From Berkelbacteria bacterium GW2011_GWA2_35_9 (lineage in GTDB: Bacteria; Patescibacteriota; UBA1384; GWA2-35-9): a DNA stretch of 46,394 bases. Each line of letters starts with the position of its first letter. The first letter of the stretch is position 1. The notes below the pieces were generated by a model that worked only from the letters and a program-made list of their open reading frames with translations, ran no database searches and had not been told where the DNA came from. Below are positions 43,331-46,394 of the stretch, in pieces. The DNA lies in assembly GCA_000991185.1 (NCBI GenBank), contig LBRB01000002.1:1-46394 (forward strand), given 5' to 3'. The translations under genes and the position numbers were made by a program.

Positions 43331-43564
43331 TTACCAACGCAACTCGGGTACTTCTTTCAAGCCCTGTGGAGAACTACCTTTTTTTTTACTCGGTTTCGAT
43401 ACAACTTTGCTTTTGGTTATGGTTATTTTTTTAGCCTTTTCGTCAAAAGTTGCATTAACCGTATCACCTTTTTTCCAACCCATTGCGTCAATCGCACTTT
43501 TGGGTAAAGTGATACAAAACGAGTAGTTCGAAAACTTAATTAATTTTCTTTTTGATTTTTTCAT
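43331..43564 (-). CDS. AbrB/MazE/SpoVT-type DNA-binding protein
   Basis: Swapped-hairpin-like FCITLPKSAIDAMGWKKGDTVNATFDEKAKKITI with a lysine-rich tail. The SD caggagg lies upstream. Confidence 0.7.
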   Translation of the reverse strand: MKKSKRKLIKFSNYSFCITLPKSAIDAMGWKKGDTVNATFDEKAKKITITKSKVVSKPSKKKGSSPQGLKEVPELRW

Positions 43565-43581
43565 ACGACCTCCTGAAACCT

Positions 43582-43610
43582 AGTATATATGCATAGTTAA
43601 TATATGTCAA
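43582..43610 (-). promoter_or_regulatory. Promoter TTGACA-17-TATACT for the AbrB-like gene
   Basis: Consensus hexamers on the minus strand. Confidence 0.55.
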
Positions 43611-43809
43611 ATTTAATAATTTTATTATACTAAACGGTTTTATTTAATAACCAAACCGAACCAATCTAAAACAATGAGAGTAACAATAATCCCCAAAAGA
43701 TTACCCATAATTAATTGATAATCTGTATGCCTATGAAGTTTTTTTCGTGAAACATAAATAATTGGCACCAAAAAAAAAGAGAATAAATACCAAAAAGAAA
43801 TTATTACTG

Positions 43810-44139
43810 TTAAAGCGATAAATAATGAAGCTGTCGTACACTGATTATTATTTCAACCCCTAAAACCAGAATTTGAGGAATTAAAGCTAGAAGACGATCT
43901 TTTTTGACCGATCCTTTTTCAAGTGGCTTGTCAACTTCAACTCCGAGAAAACTTAAATAATAAAGCCAAATATAGTTAAAAAGAAAATTAAATACAACAA
44001 TCATCAAAATCCACCAATAGAGGGATGTTCCTGAAAAAGTTTTGAAAGCTAAAATTATCAATAAAAAAGGAACCACATTTTCTGGGTTAAAAATAAAAGA
44101 AATTAAATTAAATATATCTAGATTTTTCTTAATTGTCAT
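43810..44139 (-). CDS. Hypothetical polytopic membrane protein
   Basis: 109 aa with three hydrophobic segments. It overlaps the stop of the upstream nuclease gene. A possible continuation in another frame lies downstream. Confidence 0.45.
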   Translation of the reverse strand: MTIKKNLDIFNLISFIFNPENVVPFLLIILAFKTFSGTSLYWWILMIVVFNFLFNYIWLYYLSFLGVEVDKPLEKGSVKKDRLLALIPQILVLGVEIIISVRQLHYLSL

Positions 44140-44483
44140 ATCCTTCTTTCCTCGAATCTAACTCTTCTTTTGTCAATAATATTTTTAATATTGCTTTGTT
44201 TTGGGGTTAGACGACTTTTGGCGCTTTTAAATTCCATAAAAATAATTTCATTTTCATCAAAGACAATTCCGTCTACTGGCGTTCCAATAAAACGAAAATT
44301 TTTTGGGTCGTATCCGAAGTTGGAAATAAAGGGCATAAATTGTTCGGTTGTTTTTCCATACAGAGACGAAAGTGATCTTTTAGCAAATTTTGTACTTTTT
44401 AACAATTTCACGCTTCTTCTCCATAACAAAAACAAGATAACAGAAAGCAATATCAGAATTAAAATCATCTTTTCCATTTTCAA
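44136..44483 (-). CDS. Membrane-anchored endonuclease related to archaeal Holliday junction resolvase (Endonuc_Holl / COG4741-like)
   Basis: N-terminal TM segment, then GTPVDGIVFDENEIIFMEFKSAKSRLTPKQ, a PD-(D/E)xK-type core (D...E-F-K). Confidence 0.6.
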   Translation of the reverse strand: MKMEKMILILILLSVILFLLWRRSVKLLKSTKFAKRSLSSLYGKTTEQFMPFISNFGYDPKNFRFIGTPVDGIVFDENEIIFMEFKSAKSRLTPKQSNIKNIIDKRRVRFEERRI

Positions 44484-44512
44484 TTTATATATTAATTATA
44501 TTATCCTACAGA

Positions 44513-45109
44513 CTAGGCAAATTTCCTAATTACCCCTCTTAATCTTCCTTGGATAATCACTTTATCGGCATAGATCGGTTGATATTTTTTATTCGCTGGT
44601 TGCAAACGAATTCGATTTTTTTCCTTATAAAACCTTTTGAGCGTTACATTTTTACCATCTAATAAAGCTACAACAATATCTCCATTACTTGGGCTAGAGA
44701 CTCTTTGAATCACAGCATAATCACCATCATAAATTCCATCGTCTTTCATCGAATCACCTCTGACTTTAAGCGCAAAAATATCCGGACCCATCATATCTCG
44801 TGGAACATCAATCGTTTCTGATGTTCTTACCGCCTCGATCGGTGCTCCAGCCGCAATTATGCCAAGGAGAGGAATGGCATAACTGCGTTCGTCAAATCTC
44901 GGAGTCAATTGAATTGAACGAGCAATATTGTGTTCGTTATCTAAAAATCCTTTTTCTTTTAAGGCGTCAATATAGCCAGCAACTGTTGCGATTGAAGAAA
45001 AATCGAACGCTTGAGCAATCTCACGATAGGACGGCGCATAGTCATAACGATCAATAAAGTTTTTAATATAATCAAAAACTTCTTTCTGTTTTTTTGTTAA
45101 GTTTGACAT
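44513..45109 (-). CDS. lexA: LexA repressor
   Basis: Winged-helix N-domain (LTKKQKEVFDYI) and S24 peptidase (VRGDSM, LKRF). The start is moved to ATG 45109, 6 nt after GGAG. Confidence 0.9.
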   Translation of the reverse strand: MSNLTKKQKEVFDYIKNFIDRYDYAPSYREIAQAFDFSSIATVAGYIDALKEKGFLDNEHNIARSIQLTPRFDERSYAIPLLGIIAAGAPIEAVRTSETIDVPRDMMGPDIFALKVRGDSMKDDGIYDGDYAVIQRVSSPSNGDIVVALLDGKNVTLKRFYKEKNRIRLQPANKKYQPIYADKVIIQGRLRGVIRKFA

Positions 45110-45148
45110 TTCGTACTCCCCTCCTTTAATTTTCATCTATAATAGATA

Positions 45149-45167
45149 TTACGAACTATTTACGAAC
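45149..45167. promoter_or_regulatory. Tandem TTACGAAC x2 (11-nt period) overlapping the predicted lexA promoter
   Basis: Copies lie at 45149-45156 and 45160-45167. On the minus strand they cover a TTCGTA -35-like hexamer and the spacer before TATTAT. Confidence 0.4.
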
Positions 45168-45195
45168 ATGTCTAGCTGTGGATAAATCAGAAATT

Positions 45196-45657
45196 TTACG
45201 AGATCTTGATAATTTTTATCTTAATGTCTCCAGCCGGGGCATTAATTTCAAACACATCCCCAACCTTTTTTCCAAAAAGAGCTTTTCCGATTGGAGAATC
45301 ATTCGAAATTTTTCCCCTCAACGGATCAACCTCATTGGCACTAACAATTTGAAATAATTTACTACTCCCATTGATTTCAACCTCAACCTGACTACCAACG
45401 ATAATTACATTTCCTCCGTTGTTAGAAACGACTCGAGCTTTTTTAATCATATCTTCTAATTGCTTAATTCTACCCTCAACGAATGATTGTTCGTTTCGTG
45501 CATCATCATATTCAGAATTCTCAGATAAATCACCTAGAGCTCGTGCTGACTGAATTCGCTCAATAACGGCTGGTCTTTTTTCGGTTTTCAAAATAGCCAG
45601 CTCATTTTTTAGCCTTTCGAGACCCTCTTTCGAAATTGGATAATTTTGATTTGACAT
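45196..45657 (-). CDS. greA: Transcription elongation factor GreA
   Basis: PISKEGLERLKNELAILK coiled-coil and a C-terminal FKBP-like domain (SNDSPIGKALFGKKVGD). The start is moved to ATG 45657. Confidence 0.92.
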   Translation of the reverse strand: MSNQNYPISKEGLERLKNELAILKTEKRPAVIERIQSARALGDLSENSEYDDARNEQSFVEGRIKQLEDMIKKARVVSNNGGNVIIVGSQVEVEINGSSKLFQIVSANEVDPLRGKISNDSPIGKALFGKKVGDVFEINAPAGDIKIKIIKIS

Positions 45658-45674
45658 TATATATATTATTATAA

Positions 45675-45717
45675 CCCTCAAAAATAATAGAGCCTACTTT
45701 ATTTTCATAACAGGCTC
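45675..45717 (-). promoter_or_regulatory. Hairpin plus U-rich tract in the greA leader
   Basis: On the minus strand, gagcct-N16-aggctc is followed by tattattttt, between the promoter and the ATG. Confidence 0.35.
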
Positions 45718-45741
45718 AAAAATAATTCATTCTGATATGAA

Positions 45742-45769
45742 ATTATACTCTCATTATTTTAGTTGTCAA
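45742..45769 (-). promoter_or_regulatory. Promoter TTGACA-16-TATAAT for greA
   Basis: Consensus hexamers on the minus strand, about 85 nt upstream of the ATG. Confidence 0.55.
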
Positions 45770-45790
45770 TATGAGTAATTATGAGCATAT

Positions 45791-46394
45791 CTAATTCTGG
45801 TGGTCATTGAAATAATACTCTAAAATTCCTTTTGCAACTGGTCCGGCAACTTGATATCCTTCTCCTCCCTTCTCAACTAGCACAATTACAGATATTTCGG
45901 GATTAGCATAAGGAGCAAAGGCGGTAATCCAAGCATGGGTTGTATAATTTCCAGCTTGATCTTTACTACCGATTTGAGCTGTACCAGTTTTAGCGCCAAC
46001 TTCAACTAATTTTCCATCCTTATCGGCAATATCACCTAAAAGACGAGCTGAACCTTCTGCCACTGCTAATTTCATTCCTTCTCGTACGGTTTGTAAATTA
46101 TTTTTATCAATAAAATCTTGCCGACTAATTTGACCGTTGACTATTTTTTCACTTCTGGTGTTTTTTATTTTTTCAACTAAAGTCGGTTGAATCAGTTTAC
46201 CATTATTAACAATAACATTAGTCGCATTTAAGAGTTGAAGCGGTGTAACCAGCAAATCACCTTGCCCAATCGACAAATGGTAAGTATCACCTATGTACCA
46301 TTTCTCATGTTTAACTTTTTGTTTCCAGTCAGAATTTGGGACTAAACCTTCTTTTTCTCCAGTTAAATCGATGCCTGTATCATTCCCAAACCCA
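45791..46394 (-). CDS. mrdA: Penicillin-binding protein 2 (transpeptidase), C-terminal part; the gene continues beyond the window
   Basis: The frame is open to the window edge (GFGNDTGIDLTGEKEGLVP...SIGQGDLLVTPLQ). The KTGTAQ motif is present. Confidence 0.85.
   Translation of the reverse strand, partial: GFGNDTGIDLTGEKEGLVPNSDWKQKVKHEKWYIGDTYHLSIGQGDLLVTPLQLLNATNVIVNNGKLIQPTLVEKIKNTRSEKIVNGQISRQDFIDKNNLQTVREGMKLAVAEGSARLLGDIADKDGKLVEVGAKTGTAQIGSKDQAGNYTTHAWITAFAPYANPEISVIVLVEKGGEGYQVAGPVAKGILEYYFNDHQN

Noticed and set aside
43331-43564. AbrB/MazE-like gene as the antitoxin of a toxin-antitoxin pair
   Set aside because: No PIN, MazF, Doc or other toxin-like ORF is adjacent or overlapping. 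The gene has its own promoter and is followed by a LytR_C envelope gene. It is more likely a standalone AbrB-type regulator.
43640-43771. PAP2 phosphatase motif in SRKKLHRHTD
   Set aside because: The spacing does not fit the SRx5Hx3D consensus, and the KxxxxxxRP and PSGH motifs are not visible in the upstream ORF.
1388-45057. Many short ORFs embedded in or antisense to recognised genes (1388-1576, 2663-2845, 3127-3357, 3633-3884, 9052-9243, 11468-11698, 12931-13140, 14431-14829, 17598-17837, 18700-18909, 19744-20166, 25107-25310, 26441-26644, 27720-27914, 28312-28527, 28815-29003, 31238-31426, 32336-32662, 32911-33126, 37835-38020, 40832-41026, 43099-43281, 44170-44529, 44800-45057)
   Set aside because: Each lies inside a gene with strong motif evidence on the other frame or strand. 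They are low-complexity translations, as expected in AT-rich DNA.
45135-45175. Canonical Cheo-box / SOS-box palindrome (CGAAC-N4-GTTCG) upstream of lexA
   Set aside because: Only same-orientation CGAAC half-sites are present, and the nearest palindrome (agacatgttc) is imperfect. It is reported as a divergent candidate, not as a known box.
1-46394. Alternative genetic code (UGA recoded, as in some candidate phyla)
   Set aside because: All recognised genes give full-length, motif-complete proteins with the standard code, and several end in TGA at the expected length.

Overview
AT-rich, gene-dense chromosomal segment with about 55 protein genes, 5 tRNAs and 1 insertion sequence. There is no rRNA and no CRISPR array. 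The gene content suggests a small-genome Patescibacteria/CPR-like bacterium using the standard genetic code. Supporting signs are lamin-tail-domain, PEGA, DUF3048 and sortase envelope proteins, plus minimal versions of TsaB, YbeY and Rel. Most of the window is housekeeping: DEAD-box helicase, typA, tsaE/tsaB, ruvB, ftsEX with an M23 peptidase, secG, serS, secA, comM, miaA, murA, mreB, two glycosyltransferases, nusA, clpC-like, rel, ybeY, rpsU, HIT, lexA, greA and a partial PBP2. An IS481-like element sits at the left edge. I do not see a convincing multi-gene defence or mobile system. The strongest unexplained signals are at the RNA/DNA level. (1) Two tRNA-linked leader elements (14996-15074 and 31961-32051) each begin with a copy or mimic of the tRNA 5' end, followed by two YCCGAC/GTCGGR hairpins. 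(2) A palindromic hairpin family (4279-4317 and 13006-13038) shares a 17-nt core and shows compensatory stem changes. (3) An orphan 305-aa protein with a cold-shock-like C-terminus lies next to about 300 nt of repeat-bearing non-coding DNA. (4) Many near-consensus promoters have their -10 box only 6-8 nt from the ATG, implying leaderless mRNAs. (5) A tRNA-Leu(UAA) is fused 4 nt upstream of an operon that contains miaA. (6) Terminator-like attenuators occur in the nusA and greA leaders. (7) lexA is co-oriented with a membrane-anchored Hjc-like nuclease. All protein calls rest on motif recognition by eye, since no database search was possible.
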